Translations under genes and position numbers: made by a program
The notes under the pieces: model-generated
What the model was told of the DNA's origin: nothing
The model's database searches: none
The model's input: the letters and a program-made list of their open reading frames with translations, nothing else
In this document: positions 1-11,844 of the stretch, in pieces
Layout of the letters: every line of letters starts with the position of its first letter
How positions within the stretch are numbered: position 1 is the first letter of the stretch
Origin: Octopus bimaculoides
Lineage: Eukaryota
Direction of reading: 5' to 3'
NCBI RefSeq assembly: GCF_001194135.2
Contig: NC_068984.1
Location: 111,357,960-111,421,959, forward strand
Length of the DNA stretch: 64,000 nt

Positions 1-136
1 CATACAGTCATACATGCGTGCATACATATATACATAGGGGCATATATTAAAACATGTGTACATACATTCACATACGTATACACACATGCTTACAGAAATA
101 CATTCATGTATGCATACCTACAGACATGTATATATG

Positions 137-367
137 TATTTCTTATTTCTTTATTGCCCACAAGGGGCTAAACATAGAGGGGACAAACAAAGACAAAGGG
201 ATTAAGTCGATTACATCGACCCCAGTGTGTAACTGGTACGTAGTTTATCGACCCCGAAAGGATGAAAGGCAAAGTCGACCTCGGCAGAATTTGAACTCAG
301 AACGTAACGGCAGACGAAATACCACTAAGCATTTTATCCTGCATGCTAATGTTTCTGCCAGCTTGCC
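137..367 (-). mobile_element. tRNA-derived SINE, family B (tail type 1)
   Basis: Multi-copy in window. Head GGCAAGCTGGCAGAAAC..GTTCTGAGTTCAAATTC (B-box-like), core GTCGACTTTGCCTTTCATCCTTTCGGGGTCGATAAA, tail ..CCCCTTGTGGGCAATAAAGAAATAA; near-identical to 3412-3650, 12083-12316, 55130-55361. Confidence 0.85.
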
Positions 368-717
368 TATATATATATTCCTACATATGTACTTACTTTC
401 ATACATACCTTTCTTCATGCATGCATATATACATACATGATTATATACATGACTTCAAGGGGCCTGCTCATTTGAAATTCAAGAGGGAGCACTTTCTACG
501 AAGTACCTAATAAATAAACAGGATGGTGAGGCCTTGTAACTCTCAAGATGTAACTGCAATTGTGGATTATGTCACTCTTTTATTGAGGATACAGCATGTA
601 ATCAGTTGCTGTCTGAAAATGTCATCAAGGTGACTTCTCCTAGAGTGACACGAAGCTACATCCTCAGTAAAAATGGCTTTGAATGAAATATAAACAACTC
701 TTCTGCTTACTTACTTA

Positions 718-1296
718 CTGGTACTCAGTCTGTCAGACGATGAGGGTTCCAGTTGATCTGATCAACAGAACAGCCTGCTCATGAAATTAATGCGCAAGTG
801 GATGAACACTCTACATATGTGCATACCTTTAACATAGTTCTCAGGGAGCATATAGCTCAGTGGTTAGCGCATTGGGTTCATAACCATGTGGTAGTGTGTT
901 CAATTCCCAGACTCAGCAGTAGAAATGAGTTGTGACGTCACTGGTGCCAAGCTGTATTGGCCTTTGCTTTTCCCTTGGATAACATCAGTGGTATGGAGAG
1001 AGGAGGCTGGTATGCATGTGCAACTGCTGGTCTTCCATAAACATTCTTACACGGACTTGTGCCTCAGAGGTTAACTTTCTTGGTGCAATCCCATGGTCAG
1101 TCATGACCAAAAGTGGAGTCTTTACGTCTTTTACCTGGGAGATTCAGCATGACACAGAATGTGACAAGACCAGCCCTTTGAAATACAGGTACAACTCATT
1201 TTTGCCAGCTAAGTGAACTTGCTCAAGGACTTGCTCAACACACTGTCAGGAATCAAACTCATGACCGGGTGATCATGAGCCAAACGCTCTAATCAC
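718..1296 (-). mobile_element. SINE family C (CORE-like head), split by a SINE-D insertion
   Basis: 718-848 and 1137-1296 together match the intact copies at 28682-29004 and 35120-35445. Confidence 0.8.
849..1136 (+). mobile_element. tRNA-derived SINE family D nested in SINE-C
   Basis: A/B-box head (TAGCTCAGTGGTTAG..GTTCAATTCC); body shared with 11285-11500; GGGAG duplicated at 844-848 and 1137-1141. Confidence 0.8.
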
Positions 1297-1374
1297 ACTT
1301 CTGTTCTAGAATAGACATCGGCACAACTTGTATGTATGTATGTATGTATGTATGTATGTATGTATGTATGCATG

Positions 1375-1431
<57 letters not shown>

Positions 1432-1650
1432 GGTTATATATATATAAATCCTCATATTATATACTATGAAAAAATGGAAGCAGCTGAGTAGAAAATAAAA
1501 TTACTTGCATTTCCATCGTGAGTTTGATAAACAATGTATTGTTTATTTATCTATATTCACTTGGGACAAATGCATATAAAAAGGTTATACAATTCTCATT
1601 CAAATTATTGATGAGTTGGTCTTTTCTAATTTTTAGCAAATGGAAGTAAA

Positions 1651-1867
1651 TATTCTTTTCTGCTCTAGGCACAGGGCCAAAAATTTTGGGGGAGGGTGAG
1701 AGTCAATTAGATCAGCCCCAGTACACAGCTGGTACCTAATTTATTGACGCCAAAAGGATGAAAGGCAAAGTTGACCTCAATGGAATTTGAACTCAGAATG
1801 TAAAGACAGACGAAATACAGCTCAGCATTTCACCCAGCATGCTAACGTTCCTGCCAGCTCGCCGCCT
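1651..1867 (-). mobile_element. SINE family B (tail type 2)
   Basis: Same head and core as B, with the alternative tail ..CCCCCAAAATTT..GGCCCTGTGCCTAGAG; matches 13222, 13712, 23598, 38325, 39780. Confidence 0.8.
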
Positions 1868-1931
1868 TAAATGGAAGTATATATTGAACAAACAAAGTTC
1901 AATATCGATTACAGCTTAGGGATTATATATA

Positions 1932-2019
<88 letters not shown>

Positions 2020-2424
2020 TAAATCGATTTGTAAAAATATGTATTATACATACGTAGGACTTGTTAGTGGGATTTTCTGTTTTTTTAATTGAGAAAAAAT
2101 AGTGGGGACAAAAGATAGTTTGTCCCCTGTTCCTGAAAAAGTGGTGGGTACTTGTTCCTGGTATCTCCCTGAAACAAATCCCTTGTGCTGCACAAGGGAT
2201 GCTGACTGAAAATCCCCATCAAAACTTCAACTAAGTGCATACATAACAAGACTGATGGTTATTTGAGACAGAAAAGAAAAATCATATACTGTCACAGAGG
2301 TTAATTGCCCTGCAGATGTAAGAACCTCTTCCAAAATCTGCAAGTGGAAGATTATCAATGGACCATTGTTTGGAAACTTGCAACTTCTCTACCTTGATTA
2401 TTACAGTTTTCATTTTGTTGTTGT

Positions 2425-2728
2425 TGGCACTCCGTCACTTACGACGTCGGGGGTTCCAGTTGATCCGATCAACAGAACAGGCTGCTCGTGAAATTAACGT
2501 GCAAGTGGCTGAGCACTCCACAGACATGTGTACCCTTAACGTAGTTCTCGGGGATATTCAGCGTGACACAGTGTGACAAGGCTGACCCTTTGAATTACAG
2601 GCACAAGAGAAACAGGAAGAAAGAGTGAGAGAAATATGCGGTGAAAGTGTACAGCCGTGTTCGCCACCATCCCCTGCCGGAGCCTCGTGGAGCTTTAGGT
2701 GTTTTTGCTCAATAAACACTCACAACGC
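2425..2728 (-). mobile_element. SINE-C-tailed element with a different central/5' segment
   Basis: 2425-2600 matches the SINE-C tail; 2600-2728 is a different GC-richer module. Confidence 0.65.
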
Positions 2729-2841
2729 AATCTGGTGAAGCAAGGATTTTCAAGTGAAGAAAGAGACCAGCTGACATGAACTTTACAGATACAATCTGTA
2801 AGTGCAATAGCAAAATATAATAACAATATGCAAGACTTTGC

Positions 2842-3067
2842 TAACCCTTTAACATTTAGGTTTCTCTGTCCATTGTGTAGCTTATTTATAGATATTGCTT
2901 TGAATTAATCAGTCATTATCTTGTAACTTTGAGATTTCAATAATATGAATGCTTATTTTTAGAATGATATTGTAGGGTAGGTGTGAGAGGCTGGATCTGG
3001 CCACTATGAACATAAAACAGGTAGAATATTATAGCTGGATATGGCCAGTTTAAATGCTAAGGGTCAA
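2842..3067. mobile_element. piggyBac-type MITE
   Basis: Imperfect TIRs TAACCCTTTAACATTTA / TAAATGCTAAGGGTCAA, resembling TTAA-CCC piggyBac-style ends. Confidence 0.55.
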
Positions 3068-3158
3068 GATATGTTAAAGGTCAAGATATGCTAAAGGTAA
3101 ACTGTAACAATTATCTTGTTGTCTGGTACATAAATTAACAAGAAATTTTAATGGAGAG

Positions 3159-3821
3159 TTTTACTTGTTTCAGTCATTTGACTGCAGCCATGCTGGAGCA
3201 TCACTTTTAATCGAACAATTCAACTCCAGGACTTATTCTTTGTAAGTCTAGTACTTATTCTATTGGTCTCTTTTGCTGAACCGCTAAGTTACAGGGATGT
3301 AAGCTCACCAACATCAGTTGTTAAGCGATGGTGGGGGACAAACACAAACACGCAAGCATATACACACTCACACACACACACACACATATACAACAAGCTT
3401 CTTTCAGTTTCTTTTATTTCTTTATTGCCCACAAGGGGCTAAACATAGAGGGGACAAACAAGGACAGACAACGGGATAAAGTCGATTAGATTGACCCCAG
3501 CCAGTGCGTAACTGGTACTTAATTTATCGACCCCAAAAGAATGAAAGGCAAAGTCGAACTCAGCGGAATTTGAACTCAGAGCGTAAAGGCAGACGAAATA
3601 CTGCTAAGCATTTCGCCCTTCGTGCTAACGTTTCTGCCAGCCTGCCACCTAATTTCAATTTCTGTCTACTTTTCAGTTTCTGTTTACCAAATCCACTTAC
3701 AAAGCTTTGGTCAGTCCAATGCTATAGTAGAAGACACTTGCCTAAGGTGCCATGCAGTGGGTCTGAACACAGAACCATGTGGTTGGTAAGTAAGCTACTT
3801 ACCACACAGCCACTCCTGCAC
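3159..3821 (-). mobile_element. SINE family A (tRNA head, CORE-like segment, internal microsatellite, tail) with nested SINE-B
   Basis: Matches full copies at 26652, 32065, 36470, 37830, 63425. Confidence 0.85.
3412..3650 (-). mobile_element. SINE family B nested in SINE-A
   Basis: Near-identical to 137-367 and 55130-55361. Confidence 0.85.
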
Positions 3822-4129
3822 TTTAACATATATCCATTGAAATATACAATCTTTATTTCAATTATTTTGAAAATTACTTTGTTGCTAATAAGCTGGTTTT
3901 ATTACATAAAATAACATGTAACTTTGATGGAAAGCTTAAATTCAAATCACTTTAAGCCTTTCATTCTCATATTTTTGCTGACATTCACAAACTTTGTTTC
4001 AATTAATTTTGAAAATAATGAAGAATATAGTTAAAATAACTTTGTCATTATCAAGCTGATGTTTGGAACATAAATTAACATGGTATTTTGATGGAAGGTT
4101 TTAATTTAGATGCCTTTAACCCTTTCATT

Positions 4130-4540
4130 GCCTTGTTGCTACCGATGTTTTGCAAACAACTTGTACATGCAAGTTCTACCAGTCAAAAGCTCCACATACC
4201 GGAAGCCATCAAGTGTATGTGCTCATCAGGAGAGAATGCACACCATTTTGGGGCCTTCCTCTCAATGGCATCATTACACACTGGCCTCCCACACTGATAT
4301 GAGGCCCCGCTTGCTAGATCAGCTGGTTATCAAATAAAGCTCAATATTCTTCTAGCCATCGCACATCGTCTCTTTTTAACCTAATCCAGTGGCTAGCCTT
4401 TTCCACTGTAGCTTGGAAATCGTTCATGGTGGTATTCACTTTATGATGAGTTACGCCTAACAATATCAACAGTCGCCTCACACTGTGTTCAACGAAACAT
4501 CTACATCTGACTTCGATTGGAAAAAGCTCCGTTTTCCAGC
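4130..4540 (-). mobile_element. HERO-like (R2-group, RLE endonuclease) non-LTR retrotransposon 3' fragment
   Basis: 4538-4341 translates to WKTELFPIEVRCRCFVEHSVRRLLILLGVTHHKVNTTMNDFQATVEKASHWIRLKRDDVRWLEEY*, matching the HERO C-terminal pattern (PxEVGCRGF..EKASxWxWxKR); 3' UTR follows. Confidence 0.75.
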
Positions 4541-5689
4541 CTTTGGTTCAATTAATTTTGAAAATATTGAGGAATTTATTAAAACAACTTCAGCATTTTA
4601 AGATGTTGTGTAGGACTTAAATTAACATAAAAATTTGGTGGAAAGTTTTTAGATCCCTTTAACACTTTTGTTATCGTATTTCTGTTGAAATAAATTTAAA
4701 TTAGTTTTGAAAATAAGGAAAAATGTAGTAAAATAACTTTGTCATAGTAATGCCAGTGTTTGGGATAGAAATTAACATGAAGTTTCAACTTAGATCACCT
4801 TAACCCTTTCGTTACCATATTTCTTATATAATGCATGATTTAGTTTAAAGGGTTAATTTTGAAAATAGTAAAGAATTTATCAAAATTAAGATGTGATTTG
4901 GTACATAAATTAACATGAAATTTTGTAGGAAAGCTTATATCACATTGACACTTTCGTTGCCATATTTCTCTTGAAATACACTGATTTTGTTTAAATTAAT
5001 TTTTAAAATAATGAAGAATCTATTAAAATAATTTCATCATTATTAAGGTTGTAATCAGTGCATAAATTAACATGAAATTTTAATGGAAGATTTTATTTTC
5101 GATCACTTTAACACTTCTGTCAGCATATTTCTCTTCAAATACATTGATTTCATATAGATTAATTTTGATAATAATAAAGAATGTTTCAAAATAATTTCAT
5201 CATTATTAAGATGTTAATTGTTACATAAACTTACATAAAATTTTAAAGGAGAATTTTTCGATCTCTTTAGCACTTTTGTTACCATATTTTTCTAGAAATA
5301 CACCGAATTTGCTTAAACTGACTTTTAAAATAATGAAGAATTTATCAAGATGTTATTTGTTACATAAATTAACATGAAATTTTAATTGAAGGTATTAAAA
5401 TTCAAATCATTTTAAAACAGGAAAATTATTTCATAGAACCAGAAACAGCCGCAACTGAAATGGTTATTAAAAGGTTTAAAATAGTAGGAATGTGATTTGA
5501 GGGAGATTTGTCAGCTATTTCTCTTACTCTGAGTGACCCTGTAGACTCACTTCCACTGGCTTCTCACCCTGTTGCCTGTTGATGCACAAATGCGCACATC
5601 AGTTCCTTGCATGCTCACAGCTTCTATGCTATTGTCATAGAAACTGCGTGGAGTTTATGAATCTCTATGAAAATTTGTTTTTATTGTTG

Positions 5690-6067
5690 CTGCTGTAGCA
5701 GTTGTTGTTATTATTGTTATCATTACTATTATTGTTATTGTTCATAATAATTTCACCATCATCATCATTATCATCATCATCATATCTCCACCACCACCAC
5801 CACTATCATCATCGTCATTTTTAGTATTTTTCTGATATCATCACCATCAACATTATAAATTATTATATTTATTATTGCATTTATTTATTCATTTATTTAC
5901 CATCATCATTATCATTCTTGTTGTTCTTGTTGTTGTTGTTATCAACATTTTTTTTTTGTTTTTTATAATGATAATTATTATTATTTAATTCAATTAAATT
6001 TCAAGAGTGTAAGCAAGTGCTTTCCATTGTTTCATGCTGTTTCCTTCACAGAAAAGAAGAGGTGGGG

Positions 6068-6148
<81 letters not shown>

Positions 6149-6291
6149 NNNNNNNNNNNNNNNNNNNNNNNNNNNNNNNNNNNNNNNNNNNNNNNNNNNN
6201 NNNNNNNNNNNNNNNNNNNNNNNNATATATATATATATTGCATTGTCACTGCATGGCTGACTCCTCCTTCCTCCCTCCCCTATTATTATTA

Positions 6292-6326
<35 letters not shown>

Positions 6327-6404
6327 TTTATTATTGTTATTATTATTATTATCATTATTATTTTTGTTGTTATTCTTCTTCTTTTTCTTCTTCTTCTTCT
6401 TCTT

Positions 6405-6445
<41 letters not shown>

Positions 6446-6460
6446 CTCTTTACCTTTCTT
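5690..6460. repeat. Trinucleotide simple repeats (GTT/CAT/AAT/ATT/TTC)
   Basis: Direct inspection; source of the poly-N/I/L/Y ORFs. Confidence 0.95.
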
Positions 6461-7061
6461 ATGTCGCTTTTACTTCCCTTCCTCCTTCCTTCCATGTTTT
6501 CCATCGCCACGTCCGCCCCTGCTTGCATGCCTCATGTCAATTTCCCCTGCTTTCTCTTCTCACTGCACACTTCTGTTCTCCGCTGCACTCCTCCCACCCT
6601 CCCTCCTTCTCATCATCATTCTTTCTCTCTATCTTTCTCTCTCTCTCCTTCTCCGCCTCTCCCATCAACCTACCCTCACCGACTTAACGTACAATACCAC
6701 TTCACTAAGTNNNNNNNNNNNNNNNNNNNNNNNNNNNNNNNNNNNNNNNNNNNNNNNNNNNNNNNNNNNNNNNNNNNNNNNNNNNNNNNNNNNNNNNNNN
6801 NNNNNNNNNNNNNNNNNNNNNNNNNNNNNNNNNNNNNNNNNNNNNNNNNNNNNNNNNNNNNNNNNNNNNNNNNNNNNNNNNNNNNNNNNNNNNNNNNNNN
6901 NNNNNNNNNNNNNNNNNNNNNNNNNNNNNNNNNNNNNNNNNNNNNNNNNNNNNNNNNNNNNNNNNNNNNNNNNNNNNNNNNNNNNNNNNNNNNNNNNNNN
7001 NNNNNNNNNNNNNNNNNNNNNNNNNNNNNNNNNNNNNNNNNNNNNNNNNNNNNNNNNNNNN

Positions 7062-7064
7062 ACC

Positions 7065-7108
<44 letters not shown>

Positions 7109-7118
7109 CACCACCACC

Positions 7119-7150
<32 letters not shown>

Positions 7151-7233
7151 CACTACTACTGATGCTGCCACTGCTGCTACTACTACTACTACTGCTGCTG
7201 CTGATGTTGCTACTGCTGATGTTGCTACTGCTG

Positions 7234-7287
<54 letters not shown>

Positions 7288-7386
7288 ATACCACTACTAT
7301 TACTACGACTACTACAACTACTACAACAACAACGACTACTATCATTGTTAATACTTTTATGACTGCTATTGCTACAACTGCTGCTG

Positions 7387-7428
<42 letters not shown>

Positions 7429-8960
7429 TTACTGATGTTCCTACAACAATTTGTGCCACCAAAGTTGCTACTGATGTTGTTACTGTTATTGTTGCCATTG
7501 TACTTGTTGTTGATGTTGATGTTGTTGTTGTTGTTCATGCTGTTCATACTGTGAGTTTTACTGCTTCCATTGATGCTGATGTTGATGATGTTCTTGAATT
7601 GAACCAGGTTCTGCTATTGCACATCCAAACTGTGACGGAATCAAAAACCAACCTGACTTTTTATCACCAACATCTCCATTGGTTACACAATACAATGCAA
7701 ATCCTGCTGCCGCCAACACCACCACCACCATCAACGCAACCACCACCAATGCAACCACCATCAACACCATCAACATTACCACCACCAACAACACCAACAT
7801 CAACATGACCACCATCGCCGCCGTCACCATCAACACCACCACTGCCATCAGTGAACCACCATCAATATCAACACCACTACCACCACCACCAACAACATCA
7901 ACACCACCACTACCATCACCACCACAAACATCAACACCACTGCCACCACCAGCATCAACACTACCACCACCACCACCATCAACATCAACACCACCATNNN
8001 NNNNNNNNNNNNNNNNNNNNNNNNNNNNNNNNNNNNNNNNNNNNNNNNNNNNNNNNNNNNNNNNNNNNNNNNNNNNNNNNNNNNNNNNNNNNNNNNNNNN
8101 NNNNNNNNNNNNNNNNNNNNNNNNNNNNNNNNNNNNNNNNNNNNNNNNNNNNNNNNNNNNNNNNNNNNNNNNNNNNNNNNNNNNNNNNNNNNNNNNNNNN
8201 NNNNNNNNNNNNNNNNNNNNNNNNNNNNNNNNNNNNNNNNNNNNNNNNNNNNNNNNNNNNNNNNNNNNNNNNNNNNNNNNNNNNNNNNNNNNNNNNNNNN
8301 NNNNNNNNNNNNNNNNNNNNNNNNNNNNNNNNNNNNNNNNNNNNNNNNNNNNNNNNNNNNNNNNNNNNNNNNNNNNNNNNNNNNNNNNNNNNNNNNNNNN
8401 NNNNNNNNNNNNNNNNNNNNNNNNNNNNNNNNNNNNNNNNNNNNNNNNNNNNNNNNNNNNNNNNNNNNNNNNNNNNNNNNNNNNNNNNNNNNNNNNNNNN
8501 NNNNNNNNNNNNCATCAACACCATCAACATTACCACCACCAACAACACCAACATCAACATGACCACCATCGCCGCCGTCACCATCAACACCACCACTGCC
8601 ATCAGTGAACCACCATCAATATCAACACCACTACCACCACCACCAACAACATCAACACCACCACTACCATCACCACCACAAACATCAACACCACTGCCAC
8701 CACCAGCATCAACACTACCACCACCACCACCATCAACATCAACACCACCATTACCACCACCGCCATCACCAACATCAACATGACTGCCATCAACACCACC
8801 ACTACCACCATCAGCACCACCATCATCAGCACCACCATCAACACCACCACTATCAACACCAGCACCAACACCACCATCCACATCCTTGCCACCATCATCA
8901 CTACCGCTATTAGCTGCACTGTCATCATCATCATCATCACCACCACCATCACCCTTAGCG
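7062..8960. repeat. (CTA)n and cryptic CAC/CAT/AAC repeat block, including a 239-bp exact duplicate across a gap
   Basis: 7759-7997 is identical to 8513-8751 on either side of the N gap. Confidence 0.9.
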
Positions 8961-9042
8961 CTTCTATGGATTCACTGACCCACAAAAATTAGCAACCAAT
9001 TTCTTGCAAATCATAGTGGACCTCTTTGAAAACATAAATGAC

Positions 9043-9655
9043 ATAAGTGGTTTAAAAAGGTTCCCAGACTAATTATGTTTAATAGAAAAAAAAAGTAACT
9101 TATTTACCTAAGTTTTAACATCATCTCCTTTGAAATAGTCACCTTGCACAGCAATACACTGGTCCCAGCATCCCTGCCACTTTTGGAATCTGGTTTAGAA
9201 GTCGTTTTCTGTAAGTTGCTCTGGATCTCAGCAATGGTTTTAAAACAGTGACTTTTGAGCTGCATTTTCATCTTGGGGAAGAGAAGGAAGTCTGCAGGTG
9301 CTGAATTTGGTAAATAAGGTGGGTGTGGAAGCAATACCATGTTGTTTTTGGTGAGAAACTCGTGATTGAGGTGAGCTTGGTGACAGGGTACATTATCACT
9401 GTGAAGAATCCAATTTTTTGCTCTCCACAGATCCAGTCGCTTTTGCCGAATGTCCACCCACCACTCCAAAAACAAAAAGAAAGCACTTCAAAATGTCACA
9501 GTAGAACTCACGACTGCTTCTCTGGATCTGGAGGACAAATTCTCGATGCACAATACCGCATTTCCATGGGTGCCACTCATGGCAGGTCTTCCAGATCATT
9601 CATTGTCTTCCAGGGACATTCTTCTGCCTTTGAAGTGTCTGTGCAACTCAAAACA
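9043..9655 (-). mobile_element. Internally deleted mariner transposon remnant
   Basis: WILHSDNVPCH..LPHPPYLPNSAPADFLLFPKMK (ORF 9104-9475), GIVHREFV, HTH-linker piece SLEDNE*SGRP; TIR-like end ATAAGTGGTTTAAAAAGGTTCCCAGACT at about 9043. Confidence 0.9.
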
Positions 9656-9933
9656 TTGCTGAGTATTCCACTGATACATGTACATTTGTGTAATTTCCAA
9701 GCAGAATCAGTGTGACACAGTGTGTGACAGTGCCAGCCCTTTAAATTACAGGTTCAATCCATCTGAATGGCTTGTAAACAGTTTCGCTCAAGTTGATTCC
9801 AGTCATGTTACATTTCACACTTTGAGATATCAGGAAATCGACTAATTTTTAATCTAATTTCTTAAGATGGAAAACTTGTATGAAATATATTAAAATACGT
9901 TGTATTGTTTAGCAATTACTACAAGTTACAAAA

Positions 9934-10195
9934 GTGGAGGTGCGTGGCCTAGTGGTTAGGGTGTCAGCACCATGATTGTAAGATTGTGATTTCGATTCCT
10001 GGACTGGGCAACGTGTTGTGTTCTTGAGCAAAACACTTTATTTCACGTTGCTCCAGTCCACTCAGGTGACAAAAATGAGTAACGCTGCGATGGACTTGCG
10101 TTCCATCCAACTGGGGAACACATACACCATAGAAACCAGGAAACCAGGCCCATGAGCCTCCCTAGGCTTTAAAAGGGTGCATTTATTTTATTAAT
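9934..10195 (+). mobile_element. SINE family E (CORE-like head plus V-domain-like motif)
   Basis: A/B boxes; GCTGCGATGGACTTGCGTTCCATCCA motif; 14-bp TSD TACAAGTTACAAAA at 9920-9933 and 10196-10209. Confidence 0.85.
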
Positions 10196-10509
10196 TACAA
10201 GTTACAAAATACAGTATCAAGAAAGCCCTTATTAATATCAACAGAAAATTTCATTGCAACTTCATGTACAAAATTCTATATTGTAAAATACCCTCACTTT
10301 ACCTTCAAGGACCACATGTAAAATTTCCTAGTAAAACCATCCAGTGGGCATATAGACTTACTGAAATTGGATATCAATACAATATTTAAGAAGATTTTTA
10401 ATAAGATTATTTCAAAGATCAGAGTGGTTTGATTCCTGCAGTTCAACACTAAGAACTACTAAGGTTCTATCGTCAAACCACTAATCATCAAAATATTCAA
10501 CCTAATAAT

Positions 10510-10887
10510 AACAAGAGCACTCAGAGAGCACAAACCTCTGCCACGGCAACATCAACATCCTCTCAACGATTAAACAGAGATGATTTTTAAAATGAGAATA
10601 TCTGAAATAAACTCAACAGCTCTTACAAATGAGAATACTAAAAATGAATTCGACTACTCTCAAAAATTAAGCAAAAAAAAGCGGCAAAATAATCCAGAAT
10701 CCTTGTCTAGGACACAATCGATCCCAAAATCTAATCAGTTTGTGCCAGTCATGAGGCCAAACATTCCTGAAAGTTTCATTCGAATCAATCCAGCAATTCT
10801 TGAGATATCTTGTCCACGAATGAACAAACAAACAAACAAACAAAGGTGACTGAAACAATACCTCTATCTTCGCTAAGGCAGAGGTAA
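10510..10887 (+). mobile_element. pearl/DINE-1-like non-autonomous element (Helentron-associated, HINE-like)
   Basis: Starts AACAAGAG; subterminal IR ACCTCTGCC (10534-10542) / GGCAGAGGT (10877-10885); (AACA)n at 10823-10843; 3' short hairpin ACCTCT..AGAGGT. Confidence 0.6.
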
Positions 10888-11039
10888 TAACAAAGATTTT
10901 TTTCAGGAAAAAGACCTTGATATTGTTCAATATGCATAGAAAGTAATGATATATTATGATAAATTTACCTGAAGAGATAAAATCTCTAATTCCATTTATT
11001 ACGAACATGGAAGCAAATAATTCAACAGAGCTCAGGCTC

Positions 11040-11280
11040 TTTTATTCTTTTATTCTTCTACTTGTTTAAGTCATTTAACTATGGCCATGCTAGAGCACCG
11101 CATTGAATAGTGTTTTTGCTGAATAAATCGATCTCAAGACTTATTCTTTGTAAGCTTAGTACTTATTCTATTGGTTACTTTTACTGCACTGCTAAACTAC
11201 AGGGATATAAACACACCAACATTGGTTGTCAAGTGATTGTTGGGTGACAAATACACACGCACACGCACACACACACATAT
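11040..11280 (-). mobile_element. SINE-A tail-only fragment
   Basis: Matches the A tail; ends in (CA)n. Confidence 0.75.
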
Positions 11281-11284
11281 ATAT

Positions 11285-11500
11285 TGCTCCAGTTCACTCA
11301 GCTGTTGCAATGTCACTGGTGCCAAGCTGCATCAGCTTTTGCCCTTCCCTTAGATAACATCAGTGGCATGGAGCAGGGTGGTTGGTATGCATGGATGACT
11401 GGTAGCCTTCTAAAAACAACCTTGCCTGGACTTGTACCTTGGAGAAGAACTTTCTAAGTGCAATCCTATAGTCATTTATGACCAAAGGGGATCCTTACAC
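11285..11500 (+). mobile_element. SINE-D fragment
   Basis: Homologous to 849-1136. Confidence 0.7.
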
Positions 11501-11844
11501 TATTATCCTTGTGTGGTTTATAACAGATTTCAGACCACCAGTATCCAAAAAGTTGGTGCTGTATTGGATTAATCACAGCTTATTGTTACCAGTAGCTGAT
11601 TTCTATTGAACAGCGATGGAAATGGTCATGTTTTGAGAATATTCCAGAAGAAAAGAGAAGGAAAAAGAAAAAGGACAGAATAGTCATTGCTGTGTACCAT
11701 TCACTGTATACCTATTCAGAATCAAACCGAGAGATAAAGAATAACAAAACAACAGCAATAAGAACAACAACATCCTATGAATATATCGATGTAAGAGGCT
11801 TTTCCATGAGAGTTTTAGTTTGGCACAAGCTATACTCTCTTTTC

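Larger units (their letters stand above)
3095..5478 (+). repeat. Degenerate tandem array (~9 units of ~140-165 bp) of a MITE-like left arm, interrupted by SINE-A/B and a HERO fragment
   Basis: Recurrent TTTAAC(C/A)CTTT..CATATTT..AATTAATTTTGAAAATA..CATAAATTAACATGAAATTTT..GATCAC; units start near 3821, 3951, 4113, 4657, 4799, 4943, 5107, 5266. Confidence 0.8.

Noticed and set aside
849-925. Genuine tRNA genes at SINE heads (also 39450-39526 and the A/B/C heads)
   Set aside because: No complete cloverleaf or acceptor stem; each continues into a repeated SINE body.
3821-5478. CRISPR-like repeat-spacer array
   Set aside because: Eukaryotic context; whole units are homologous, with no unique spacers.
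7759-8751. 239-bp exact direct repeat as a biological tandem duplication
   Set aside because: 100% identity on either side of an N gap is typical of unmerged contig overlap; needs long reads.
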